Assembly (NCBI RefSeq): GCF_037042905.1
Contig: NC_087252.1
Coordinates: forward strand, 17,486,001-17,546,000
Direction: 5' to 3'
Origin: Lytechinus pictus
Lineage: Eukaryota
Length of the DNA: 60,000 nucleotides
In this document: positions 24,014-36,711 of the stretch, one piece after another
How the letters are laid out: every line of letters begins with the position of its first letter
How positions within the stretch are numbered: position 1 is the stretch's first letter
Notes under the pieces: model-generated
Told to the model about the DNA's origin: nothing
Seen by the model: the letters and a program-made list of their open reading frames with translations, nothing else
Database searches by the model: none
Position numbers and translations under genes: made by a program

Positions 24014-25197
24014 CACTGGCGTAAATCCCGGGGGGGGGGGGATGGGGGGATATATCCCCCCCCACTTTTCGAGGAGGGGGGATGGCCTGTACAAACATCC
24101 CCCCCCCCCACTTTTTACGAAAGAAATGAAAAAAAATCACAAGAGATAATTGTTTTATTGGTGAAAATTCTTCCTGAAATACTGCTTAACAAATAAAACA
24201 ATTTTATTGAATCATAAAATGCAAATAAAGAGCCAGTTCACCATTTCCAAACGAAATACTTATTTCCTTATCATAACATTGAAGAGAAACCCCCGTTTCT
24301 TCCAATTCATCAATGTTGGGATCTTTGGGAAGGGATCAAGATCGCATGTCAAAATATATGAAACATTTCCTGTCCGTGATTACGTTCGCATTAGTGGATT
24401 GGTGAGATATGTCTGCTCTTCATGAATTCCTAAAATCAGTCCCTTCTTCTGATCTGAATATAAAAAAATTTTCGGCTCGCGCTTCGCGCTCGCATCATTT
24501 GGTTAATGAAATACGTATGGTCCTAGTTAATTCCTACAAAGAAAACTTAGAATGTCCACTTCAGGTCTGAACTATCTAAATTTTCAGCTCGCGCTTCGCG
24601 CTCGCAATATTTGATTAGTGAGATGCGTATGATAATCATGATTGCAATGACTACAAAAAGTGTTTCATGTGTTCAGATGTAATTCTGATAAAATCAGCAA
24701 GCGCTTGGCACTCGCATTAGATGACTATGGTGAGATATGCATGCTCTTAATGGATTCCTAAAATATATTCCTTAAAATATCGCTGTTTGGGGTCAAAATA
24801 TACGAAAACTTCAGCTCGCACTTCGCGCTCGCATTGTTTAGTGAGACAGGTACCTATCATGATTACACAAATTTGATTACAATGTCCCTTTTTAGGTGTG
24901 AATATAAAAAAATTTCAGCTCGCGCTTCGCACTCGCATTATTTGATCAGTGAGATACATATCCCTTTAATGACATTGTCCATGTCTCTATTAGGTCAGAA
25001 TAACTGGCAACTGAGCGCGCTCACTCAGTGATTCAAACATTTTGCTGCTGCCCCCCCCCCCCATTCCGTGACCCACGGTACGCCACTGTGGACATAATCA
25101 ATGACAATTCCTTGCATATCTAAAACATGATTGCAAATAAAAATGCCAAAATATTTCAGTCATCCCCCCCACCCATCAACACGGATTTACGCCAGTG
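24014..25197. mobile_element. Non-autonomous hAT-like DNA transposon nested in the Penelope inverted end
   Basis: 15-bp TIRs cactggcgtaaatcc / ggatttacgccagtg; perfect 8-bp TSD gcatgtac at 24006-24013 and 25198-25205. Confidence 0.92.
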
Positions 25198-25254
25198 GCA
25201 TGTACTGATTAGAAAGGTACACCTCTCTTAGTAATATCGAAAGAGAACACCATC

Positions 25255-26567
25255 ATGCATACTAGGAGAACCCTCCTCTTTGACAACAGCAGCAAACCAT
25301 GGATAAAAAGGGAGGCACAACGCCAATTCAATGTCTCAATGGGGGCCTACGACGGGGCCGAAATCTGCGAACTGGTAGGCCTATATGCCCTATCGCAGTT
25401 GGAAACCAAAATAAATACACACAGTATCGGTCTATACAGGGACGATGGACTGGCCACCTTGAGACGCACCTCAGGCAGCAGAGCTGACAGAGCTAGAAAA
25501 ACACTCATCAAAGTCTTCCAAGAGCTCGGGCTGAGAATAACAGTGCAAACCAACCTGAAACGGGTAGAATACCTAGATGTAACCTTAGATCTCGAGGATA
25601 ACTCCTACCAACCCTTCAGAAAACCCAACGACACCCCGATGTATGTGAACGCCAACTCCAACCACCCCCCTACCATCACGAAGCAAATTCCCACATCAGT
25701 ACAAACAAGAATCTCATCCCTATCTTCAAATGAAGAAAAATTTAAGACCGCAGCACCGGTATACAAGGAAGCCCTGAACAACAGCGGTTACCATGGTGAC
25801 ATCGAATTCGCCAAAAACCAAAAGCCCAACAAAACCAGGAAAAAACGCCAAAGAAACGTCACGTGGTTCAACCCACCCTACAGCAGTAATGTCAAAACCA
25901 ACATCGGAGGAAAATTTATCAACCTAGTCGAAAAGCATTTCCCCAAGGGACACAAACTGCACAAGATTTTTAACAAAAATACTGTAAAAATTAGCTACAG
26001 CTGCATGAAAAACGTAAATGCGATCATCAAATCACACAACGAAAAAGTCATCAGAAAATCAAAAGAAGAAGAGAACCCTCCGGAAAAAAACATGCAACTG
26101 CCGAGTGAAGGAAGACTGCCCTCTACGGGGAAACTGCCTGGCCAAGTCGATAATATACAAAGCATCTGTCACGCACGGCCAAAGAGATACAATCACCAAA
26201 GTGTATTTTGGCCTAACAGGGGGAACTTTTAAAGAAAGATTCAGAAACCACACAAAATCTTTCCGAAACGAGAAATACCAAAACGAAACAGAACTATCTA
26301 AATACATATGGGATATACAAAAGAAAGGGGAACGATACAATTTAAAATGGGCAATAATGAAAAAAATCCAACTTGGCAATGCGGGGAAGTGGAATCTGCA
26401 ACCTATGCTTAGACGAAAAACTCATTATCGCAACTCACAAGAAAAACTCACTCAACCGAAGGTCCGAACTAATCAGTACATGCCGTCACAAAAGAAGGAA
26501 CAAAGAACCGCCGGACCGTGAAATGCATCCATTGCCCCAACCGAGGGCCCCCACCAAATCCAACTAG
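25255..26567 (+). pseudogene. Penelope-like RT/GIY-YIG ORF, 5'-truncated, two frameshifts
   Basis: Frame 1 carries the RT (25255-~26090). It shifts at the A-run ~26084-26090 to CNCRVKEDCPLRGNC...IIYKA...YFGLTGGTFKERFRNH...TELSKYIW, then shifts near ~26360-26375 to CNLCLDEK...LNRRSELISTCRH; stop at 26565-26567. Confidence 0.9.
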
Positions 26568-26574
26568 CTTCAGT

Positions 26575-26620
26575 GTCCTGATGAGCCGCCTGTGATCGAG
26601 GCGCAAAACCATTGGTAGAC
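26575..26620 (+). ncRNA. Type I hammerhead ribozyme motif (GAAA changed to AAAA) at the Penelope 3' end
   Basis: GTC-CTGATGA-GCCGCCTGTGATCGAGGCGC-AAAA-CCATTG-GTA-GAC; GTC/GAC forms stem I. Confidence 0.7.
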
Positions 26621-26634
26621 CAGAGGTGAGGAAA

Positions 26635-26721
<87 letters not shown>

Positions 26722-27540
26722 CAGTGCGTCCCAGAAAAAACGAAACCGAGATTTAGCGATGATTTATCATAACTTAATCATAAATAAAATAGACAAATGA
26801 TCTACCAATGTAAAGCTTAGAATCTCCTCTTTCATCTGGTATTACTTAGATTATTCCTCATTCACGCATGATTGAGCAAAAACAATTCGAAGAAAGGATG
26901 CCAAAAATTAATTTGGTGGGGGGTATCTGAATTTCAAAAAGAAAATCACATGACTAAAAAGTTCAATATCTTCTCTTTTCTTTGATACCTAAATCACAGA
27001 AAATGGTCAAGTAGTAAAAAAGTTATGATCCCTCGAAACAATGCTTGTATTTCCATAATTTCATTAAATAAACGTGTTTTCACCGGTTTCCCACTGAAGC
27101 TATCGCACGGTAACAAAAGACTTAATGCATGGCTGATCGTCAACAAAACGGAGTGTCGAGTGAGTTTGAACGCTTGCCTGTAAAACCTCTTCATTTTATG
27201 AAATTATTGAAATTCAAGCCTTATTTCAAATAACCAGAACTTTGTTATTTCTTGACCATTTCCTGTAATTGAGGTATCAAATTAAAGAGCAGATATTGAA
27301 CTTTTTAGTCATGTGGTTTTCTTTTTAAAACCCAGATACGGCCCGCCAAGGGACTTTTTGGTATCCCCTTTTCAAATTGTTTTTGCTCACTCATGCGTGA
27401 ATGAGAAATAATCTAAGTAATTTCAGATGAAAGAGGAGATTCTAAGCTTTAAAATGGTAGGTCATTTGTCTATTGTATTTGCGATTAAGTTATGATAAAT
27501 CATCGATAAATCTCGGTTTCGTTTTTTGTGGGACGCACTG
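26722..27540. mobile_element. Tc1/mariner-type MITE with long TIRs, TA target
   Basis: cagtgcgtcccagaaaaaacgaaaccgagattt ... aaatctcggtttcgttttttgtgggacgcactg; inverted similarity extends >150 bp; embedded in (TA)n. Confidence 0.9.
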
Positions 27541-27572
<32 letters not shown>

Positions 27573-27599
27573 TTGTAAATAATGTACCAGTCCCATCTC

Positions 27600-27950
27600 T
27601 TAGCAATTGAACAATAATCAGAATTAACTAACTGACAAAGAAAGGTGATGTATGATAGAAGATTACTTTCATCTTCGTGCATATTCAATGAAGATTAATT
27701 CGACGATCAATGCAAGTCGCTGATATACAAAATACAACACAGAGGGGAAAGAATGGAGCCCTGCGGGATTCCACAGTTTGTATTTCCAAGTTCTTACACG
27801 TGATTTGTATAATTGCATACTTAGGTTTCTAATCCATTTTTTTTTCTTAGATAATAAATAATTTCTTCCTTCTGACAAACTCCGCATTCGCATTCATTTA
27901 CAAAGTGTAGCTGCAACGAAAGATGAGGATTGATTATCGATTTTGTCGTA
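27600..27950 (-). mobile_element. Old LINE RT fragment (paralogous copy at ~55930-56230)
   Basis: Minus strand GIPQGSILSPL here and LPQGSILFPL in the paralog; heavily decayed. Confidence 0.6.
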
Positions 27951-28379
27951 GTGATGTTAGGTCAAGATGCTGAACGTGCGTGATGTTCAGAGTTATGTAT
28001 AATTATGTATGTCATGTATCCGGATGGTAGACATGAGGATGGTTGTGATAATTGTGATATTGGAAACGCTTTTTATGATGGCGACCATGCTGAAGGAGTT
28101 GGCAAGAGTTGAACATTGCTACAACGCCGGTATTAATTTAACACCTTCCTTGTATCTATACCGGTCCACACCAGAGAGGTGTTGAAACAAAACCGGTTTG
28201 GCGTTAGGCTAACACCAATTTGGCATTAAAGCAACACCAATTAATATTAAACCAATATCGGATTGATTCTTAACTGGTGTACGTTGTTTCCGAACGCTTC
28301 TCTGCTGTGGACCGATCGAGGACCGATATAGATACCGGGCTGAAGCTAAATCAACACCGGTTTTTTTTTTTGCATTGTA

Positions 28380-28860
28380 GTAATGGTGGTTATGATTATA
28401 AATATAAATATATTAGTGGTAGTGTCGAGGTGGTGGTGATGATGACGATAGCAATGGTGGTGATTGAGGTGATGATGGAGATGATAGTGAAATGGTTCTG
28501 ATGTTGATGATGGTGATAGAGATGATAGCAAAGATGGTGGCAATGTTGATGATGGTGATTAAAGTGATAGTGAAGATGTTGCTGATGGTAATGATGGTGA
28601 TGGAGATGACAAAAAAGATTGTTGCAATGTTGATGATGGTAATGATGATGATGAAGATGACAGTGACGATGGTGGTGATGGTGGAGATGATAATTAAAAT
28701 CATGGTGATATTGATGATGGTATCATTGCGATGGAGCTGATCGAGGATATGGTGATAATGTTACTTATAGTATGGTTGCGATGGTGTTGGCAGTGGCAGA
28801 TGAAGAAGATGATAGGTGATGGTTTTCACGTTTATGGCAGTAACTGTGATATTGAAAATA
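28380..28860 (+). repeat. Degenerate (GAT/GGT)n low-complexity tract (paralog at ~56390-56970)
   Basis: Direct reading; source of the Met/Val/Ile-rich spurious ORFs. Confidence 0.9.
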
Positions 28861-31800
28861 TTACTTGTAATTTTTCTTGTTCTGTGGGGGGGGGGGGGGA
28901 GCTGATATAGTGCGAGCCGATGTTGGGTAGTGTATAGGCCTGGCATAATGTTTCCGCAAGGAATGAGGAACGGGATGAGGGGGGGGGGGGGTAGGGGACA
29001 GAGATGGGATGTCAATTTTATTCAGCTATACAAGGAGCTGGAACTTCTTTTTTTCACGTTTGGCAGGAGGCCAGGTCAGGTGGCCTACTGTTATGTTAAA
29101 AGTGTTGTGAACATTAAACATAACTTCCGTTCTGGTAAGCGAAAGCAGGAAGGAAGTCAACCATAATAGTTTCCTCTCAATGACAGTTACAAATCATGGA
29201 TTTTTTAAAACGTTCTGAGTAGTTAAATTTTTGCATAAGACAATGTTGAACGGTTATCCAGGCCGAGAGTAATATAATTTAAATAGGCAGATTAATGTAA
29301 ACAAAAAACAACAACTCTAACAAGTATGAGAATTAGACGACGAATGACGAAGATAATTATGACATTAGCAATATTACATTGTTCTGGTGAAAGAGTTCTG
29401 CTCATGTCTTAATGAATATGCAATTAGCTACCAAATGATGTTCTGTCCCGACTTGTTCGTTTAGAATTTATTAAGTGAAATTACGATTATTCACATGGTC
29501 TCGTTCAATAATATAAAAATGAGATTGACCCATTAATGTTAACGTCATCATTTGCCAGACTCTCTTCCAAAAGATAATTATTTCAGAGAATTGTATGTAA
29601 AATTAAATAATTTGCGATTTAAAATGATTATTTAAATGGTAAGTAACTGTTGCATATCTAGGAAATCACGCATAAATTTGTTTTTACGGAAATTTCAGAA
29701 GTGTACAATAAAGTTATGTAGGATTGTTTACTTTTACCGGATTTTAATGAAATTTTAAGTGTTTTACTTGTCTAATCCTTCTCCGTTAATATTAAGGGCA
29801 TTTGTCATTTTCAGCCTTTCATACCCCCTTCAAATTTGGCACCGATCCGATTACGAATGGGCGGGAGGAGATAGTTCACATTCTTAATGATTTTTTCTTG
29901 AGATTGATACGAAAGTATATACAAACACCCTACCCCTTCCTCACCTACCGCCAATTTCGAAGGAAGGTAAAGAATACGAAGTTTAAAATGACGATTTATT
30001 TTTGAGTTATTTAAATTATCATTTCAAGTGATACTTCAATATCATCTGATTATCATTTGTGACAATTTATATTTCACTCTCGCTCCGAACAAATTATCAT
30101 ATCAGCTTTCATGAAATACAGTGAAAACGCTAATATAATATTCGTATATCCTCAGCATGACACTGCACATGTATCGTTATTTTCTGAAATACCGGACAGA
30201 TATTAATACATTACAAAACTTGTTGGGGGCAGGACAACAAAATGCTTTGAAATCAATATCGGCATTGCACATGCATCATTCAACAGCGAGGCAGATTTCT
30301 GAATGATTTAAAATCAAAGAAACACGTTGTGCTGGCGTGTCTATGCCATGCGTTTCACATTTTATAATGTCAAATCCTCCAATCTCACTGTCGAAAATTT
30401 AAAGAAAGTTCTCTGCTAATCACCATCACTCTTTCTAGTTTCTTCGCCGAAAACTAACCACTAAAAAAAGGTTTTGTTATGGATTAAATCAAGGAACTTT
30501 GCAAAACAAATTCCAACGAAAATGTACCTTTTAGAACTATAAGCAAGGAGTTACCAGTAACTCCTTGGTCTAAGCAGTGAAAAGCATTGCAGGTATATTT
30601 TTGACACCGAGTCGAGATATTCACCTCATTATTTGCATGTTTGTAATTACTGATGATGTCAAGAACAAGGACCAAAGCTGACAGGATAGACTTGTCATCG
30701 TACATACAAGAACACTTAGAATCTTTCGCAACTGGAATGGGGACGGATTTAAGAACACTGTGAAGTCTATGAAAATTTCCATCAAATGGTTGGAAGGTCT
30801 TTGTACAGCTGACTGTTGTTGATCTCCACCAGCCATCAGAGGAAGAAGAAGAAGAAGCAAAAGAAGAAGAAGCGAAAGAAGGAGAAGAAGAAGATATTGA
30901 AATTTGAAAAAAAAAATAGTTATGTCGTTTGTCCAGAATCCAGGACGAAACTTTTTTGTTTCATTCAACAATTTCGACAGAGACTTCATTGTCATGAATG
31001 GTGTTTCACAATACATTTATGTTCTTGAATTCGTCGTGCGTCGTAAAATCGAAACTCCCTACTTTAGCCCTTCAACTACCGGTAGGCCTACTTCCAAATC
31101 ATCTATCAGGCCATATAATTTTGAATTTAATTCAATTTTTTTCCGATTAACATTACATATAAACTTAAAATTGATAAATGAAAAAAGGATGATAGCCCTT
31201 CTCAGCAGCACCAATCATGTTGTTGCTGGTCTCCAGAGGGGGACTCTGCAATACACCAAAGACTCTTCTTTGTCTTCCTTCACGGTTACCGAAAAAGAAC
31301 TTACAAAAAAGACTACATGACTTGCGTTGCGCTGCTAGTTAACGAATCCGAATAAAAAGAAAGTGCGTGAGGAATTAGGCTGTGATTGCGGCTACACAGT
31401 GCTGATTAAGGAAGCATTAAATCTAGAAAGTCAGCACTGCTCCCACTGATAGCAGAAAATGTAGCCCACTTATTTATAGGAAACATTTCGTAGGGAGAGG
31501 TTGAATCTAGTCAGTTGGACGCAGACGAACCCGAGATGAGATCCCAACGTCGTAAGTTTAAATAGAGACTATTGATGACGCTGGTCAATACTCAAGCCAA
31601 ACCTACTATTTCTTCGGCGGCTGTGAGATCCCGAACGAAAAACTAACGACAAAAGAGTAATAGATTCGAATTGGCGCTGTTTCTAACATCTATTACATTA
31701 AGCGTAGGCTAACCTCTAATTGGTGCAGTGGTGAGACGACTGGACAATGTCCTCCGGCTCGCGCAGGAGGACACAAAGAAAATAATTGGTAAGTTCGCAA

Positions 31801-33491
31801 ACTATCACACTAGAAATGAAGTCTACCAAGCCTGGGGATATCATAACATTATTTTTAATTGGTAAAAAAAGAGAGTACTAGTTCCAAAACAAAAATTTAT
31901 GAAAATCTGGCGATGAAAGAATTAAACCTGTTAGTACAGCCAAGGAAGTAAAACGTGATTTCATTTAAAGAATTTAAATGAGAAAAGGATGTCATTAATG
32001 ATGTTGATACCACAGCACTAAGGTTCAGACACTAACTTTGTTATCAGAGGGTCGCATATACATCACTGCGAACTTGAGCTTTAGGGCGACACAACACCTC
32101 CACCGGGCTTCCCAGCAAATATAAACAAAACAATTTCTCATCCGAATTCTTTCCGATCGGATTCTAAAAAAAAAATCATATTGTTTTATGTTTTACTTGT
32201 TTTATTTTCTTTTATATTATATATTAAATATTATTATTCTTTTCTGGGGGAGGGGGTGAAGGTTATTCCTAACTAAAATCTTAGGTAAATCTTGGTTTTA
32301 TTCTTACAAACAACATAAGGTATTCCATAAGGCCCACATGAATAATGCAAGCGCAAGCTTATTTTTGTATTCTTATATTTCCTTAATTTTTAGCTGAAAA
32401 TCGGACGTTTTGAGCAGTTGTTGGAATCACTTTTGACACCCTGTAATGACCATAATTACATTCATGAAAACTATAATGCAAAGATTCTATCGCCAATATT
32501 TTGACCAACAGAGTGCGCGATCAGAAACTTCCCTGTATACATTTTAACGGTTGTATAAATACACTTGATGGTAGACTGAACTACTTAACTTAAAAAAATA
32601 ATATTCATTCGAACTTCATAGAATAGGCTTAATAGTCTGATGCATCATAGTATTTCAATGATGCTGAAAGTTTTGAATACATTACCAAACTATTCATAAA
32701 TCATGTAAAGAAGTGGGTGGAGCTTGGATGTGTTAAAAATCCAGTTAAGTAGACATAATAACGAAAGATATTATAGTTTTTATGACTTAAATTTTTCTTT
32801 AGACCCTTTAGAAATGTTTTTCGAAATTGTGTACATATACTTTTTATATAATTTATAGGCAGTCAAAGAGACATATTCGGTACGAAGTCTAAATGAAATT
32901 TTACACTGTTTTTTCATGAACTTAATTCTTGTTTTTCTACTTTTGGACTATAATCTGGACCTGTAGTCTGAAATGAATTCATGAATTTACCATCTCGATT
33001 TTTAGTTGCCTTTCTTAGCTTTTCTCTCCACCCAATTGTTTGTATTGTTCGTGTGTTTGTTTGTTTTTAGATCATGTATCCGTCAATCAGTATACACAAA
33101 CTGAACAGTCGTTTGCACAATATAAGCACTTTCTACACGACACAAATGATGTTAAAATTTACTCGTTTACCGTATACAGGTAGCTGGTAGGACAAAAGAA
33201 AAGTACAAGAATTTCATTACACAATTCATTGCGTTGTATGATAAATATATTACAACTTCAAATGATGTTCAATAAGAATTGACTCATTATGACATGAAAA
33301 CACTAAAAAAGAATAAATCGACCCATCCCTAATTATAATGATAACCAACGGAACCTCTTGCTACAAAATGTTGCAACATCCGTTATAAGGTGGGGATTCC
33401 CAAACATAAATCATTCATCGTGAATATACATGTATCAAGATACTAAATATTTCAAATTAAATTGTACTACTCTTTAGGACTATTTTGGAAT

Positions 33492-33523
<32 letters not shown>

Positions 33524-33660
33524 ATGATAATAATAATAATAATGATATTAATGCTACAACTGCTACTACTTCTACTATTAATAGTATTAATACTACTTCA
33601 GCAAAAAACTAACATTAACATCAAATGATATTACCATTGCTTCTAATACTACTATTACTT

Positions 33661-33692
<32 letters not shown>

Positions 33693-33693
33693 T

Positions 33694-33733
<40 letters not shown>

Positions 33734-34282
33734 CGTTTCGTCCAAAGACCCTCCAGGTTTTGACGAAATGGTGCGTTAGGAGCGTCTGTTTGTCTCTTAA
33801 TTGTTGACTGGAACCCCATCCTTAGTTGGTCTAATTCCGATTCTTACTAATCATCAAATGGTCTAAAATAAAATCAAATTTGTCTAATACAAATACGATG
33901 CACAAATCATTAACTTTGGTCCATTGTTTTTTTTTTGGTTTTTTTTTACCACAGTTGGTAGTCTTGTTCGTCATTTTGTCATTTGAGATATTAAACCAAA
34001 CGATGTTAGACCATATTGCCAACTGACTGTAGGCCAAGTGGTTATAAGCCGATTTAGACTAATGACTCTTTGATTCTGCTGTTGAAAAGGTTAAACATAC
34101 ATTCAAAACTCGGTGAAAAGGGGTTCCAACGCTTCCGTTTGGGCAAAGCCCGGGGGGGTAGACAAATGGTTGGATTAGGATAGAGATAGGGGCAAAATTG
34201 CGCTAAATTGGTTTAAAAGTTATCATTCAAATAGAAGACAGCACACATCCCTTAACTTTTCTAAATGTGGTATACTATTTTT

Positions 34283-35150
34283 TTATGGGAAGTACCACAG
34301 GGTTCTATTTTTGGTCCATTTTTATTTCTGATTAATATCAACGGCATGTACATGGTGCTAAACACATTAAATTACATATTTTTTGCGGATGACACAAGTA
34401 TTTGTCTATCCCATCGTGATATTGATATCCTAGGAAGGACTCCTACACTTTCAAAACGATCTAGTGGGTTTCGAGGTAATATGCTATCACTGAATGGAAA
34501 CATATGATAAACATTTCAAAGTGAGGAAGGATAATGGTAACTGTGATTTAAGAATAAAACTTGACAATACTTTTTTTAAACAAAGGTGTCTACTAGGATC
34601 ATAGGGATGTTCGTTAAAAGTCAACTTGAAACACATCAGGAAATCATTTTCTCGAAATATAAACTACACTATAATGAATACATTGAACCTGACAAAATAA
34701 TGTGCATTTTGCACAATAGTCTTTTCCTACCTGATGTGTCGTGTTGCAATTTTCTTTGGACAATATCAAGGAATGTCACATATTAAGTTCTTCTGTTGTA
34801 AAAAAGGCAATTTTCTATTTTTGCTAGTTGCTTTGGTTACCCTAACCATATTGAACTGCAATGTCTGGTTGTTGATGATATCCATTTCCTTCAAACTTCC
34901 CTTTTTATCTCGTGCCGGAATGTTACTTGCCCACATTTTCACTATGTTTCCACAACATAATGGTATCCATATCCAACACATAAGTCAAGCATTTAATATG
35001 GACTTTTACAACCCTCGCACGCTGGTGGCTCACAAAGCTATATGGTCCAGATGTTAAGAATTCCCTATCCACGTGTAGTAGGAATTTATTATTAGTTTAT
35101 TCCTTCAAAAGTGCAGTTAAACGAATACTCATCTTGCAGGTTTAATTCTC
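34283..35150 (+). mobile_element. Decayed LINE RT fragment, duplicate copy
   Basis: Same motifs and sequence as 5455-6320. Confidence 0.8.
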
Positions 35151-35370
35151 TCACAAAAGCAATATTTGTTGTACCATATGTTTTTAATCAAAGATTTTTT
35201 TAATTTCGGGTAATTACACCCTGGCATAGGCCCTATTTTCTAAATAATTGTATTTTCAACTGTGGAAAAAAAATCATTTGTCTATTTGTAGTCATAATCA
35301 ACCTAATTTGAAAATTCCTTAGTATGTATTTTATAATTTCAAAGGCGGGACAATGTATCAAAGTTATTCA

Positions 35371-36711
35371 GATATTGACTGATGGGGTGTGTAATATAAA
35401 CATTCTTTGGACCGCCGGATTCATATTTTCCCGAGGGGTTATTTTTTCCCTGAAGCGCGCAGCGCTGAGAGAAAATATGAACACGAGGGAAAATATAAAT
35501 CCTTTAGGCGGTCCAAAGAATGTCTATTTTACATACCCAACCATTCAATATATTTAATATTAGATAGCCTGAAGTGATGGAGATTCTTTATCTAGACTCT
35601 AATTTGTTGAGAAACTAGACCTAGGCCTAGATGAAACTAGATCTAGATCCACTAGATCTAGATCCACTAACAAAATATAGAATGTACTTACCAGATCAAT
35701 TCCTTGCAAAAATTCCAATTCCAACAGAGATAAAGCCAAAAGCATCGATAAGGAAAACAGTCATAGCGGTAGTCTACATCCCAATGAAATTCCAACCGTT
35801 CCGACTGTTCAACGTAATAACAACAAACACGAACGCAACATAATTACATAGGGTACGATGCAGTATTGCCTACTTGTTATATGTTTAAAGTGTTACTGTT
35901 CTACCCTTTTCTGGTCCACATCCTAATTGTTTGATACAAAGTTCATTTGAGGTTAGGATTGTGAGTCCGGTCCAGGTCCAGGACACAGGGCTGACTGAGA
36001 TCCATGTTGATTCTGAGCTGTAACATCAGATGCACAAATTTAGGAATGAGATATAACAGGACCAGATGGCAGCCTACTGATTGATCAAGGTTTTCCTGAG
36101 GCTGAGCTCTCTGTTGTCGAACCAGGACTTGGTCCAGGACCCAATGTGGATCTCTGTAGATCCTGAGGCTGACTAATAACGTCAGGTGCAGAATCTGGTG
36201 GTGGATGAGATGAAACAGGACTAGGTGGTGGCCTGGTGACTGTACTTGGTGGTCCTGATCTTTCTTTTGCTTAACCAGATCCAGGACCAGGACCAAATCT
36301 GGCACTAACTTTAGACCTTGTACTACTAGGACTAGAAAGCCTAACCTTCAACTGACAATTCTATGACAAGCATAAGCTCATTGGTGGTTTATGTCCTTCG
36401 TAAACTCGATATTAATGTTTAAGACTGCTCTCACTTTTATGTCCTGAAACCGTCACGATATGCCTGGCCTCTTGCTTGCTCATCTAAGATAGTGATAGTT
36501 GTGACTCTAATGCAATGGTTCGTGTAGGGACTTGATGTTTTAGCTTTACTGCTAATGCTTTTCCTTGTGTTCCCCAATACATTCTTACCAACAACCTGAT
36601 GATCACACCATGGCACATTTTGTTGGTATTGTTCTACTGTCCCTGGGACTGGACCGCTTTCATGTTTGACATTTTCTTGAGACGCACTTGCCATCACTCT
36701 GATTTCCACTC
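35371..36711 (-). mobile_element. Decayed Crypton-type element, duplicate copy
   Basis: Near-identical to 6540-7880, including the lesions. Confidence 0.8.

Larger units (their letters stand above)
23780..26640 (+). mobile_element. 5'-truncated Penelope-like retroelement (probably Naiad-type) with an inverted copy of its 3' end at the left, inserted in (TA)n
   Basis: RT motifs MGAYDGAEICELVG and YRDDG; CxCx5Cx5C linker; GIY-YIG endonuclease. 23848-24013 plus 25206-25212 is the reverse complement of ~26469-26641. (TA)n flanks both sides. Confidence 0.92.

Noticed and set aside
25255..26567. Selenoprotein-type recoding as reported for some Naiad elements
   Set aside because: No in-frame TGA in the reconstructed reading frame; the breaks are frameshifts.
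28277..28740. Met/Val/Ile/His-rich ORFs (also 56252-56999, poly-Leu 4787-4978, poly-Lys 1950-2333, YI repeats 22877-23253)
   Set aside because: They are translations of microsatellites and low-complexity DNA.
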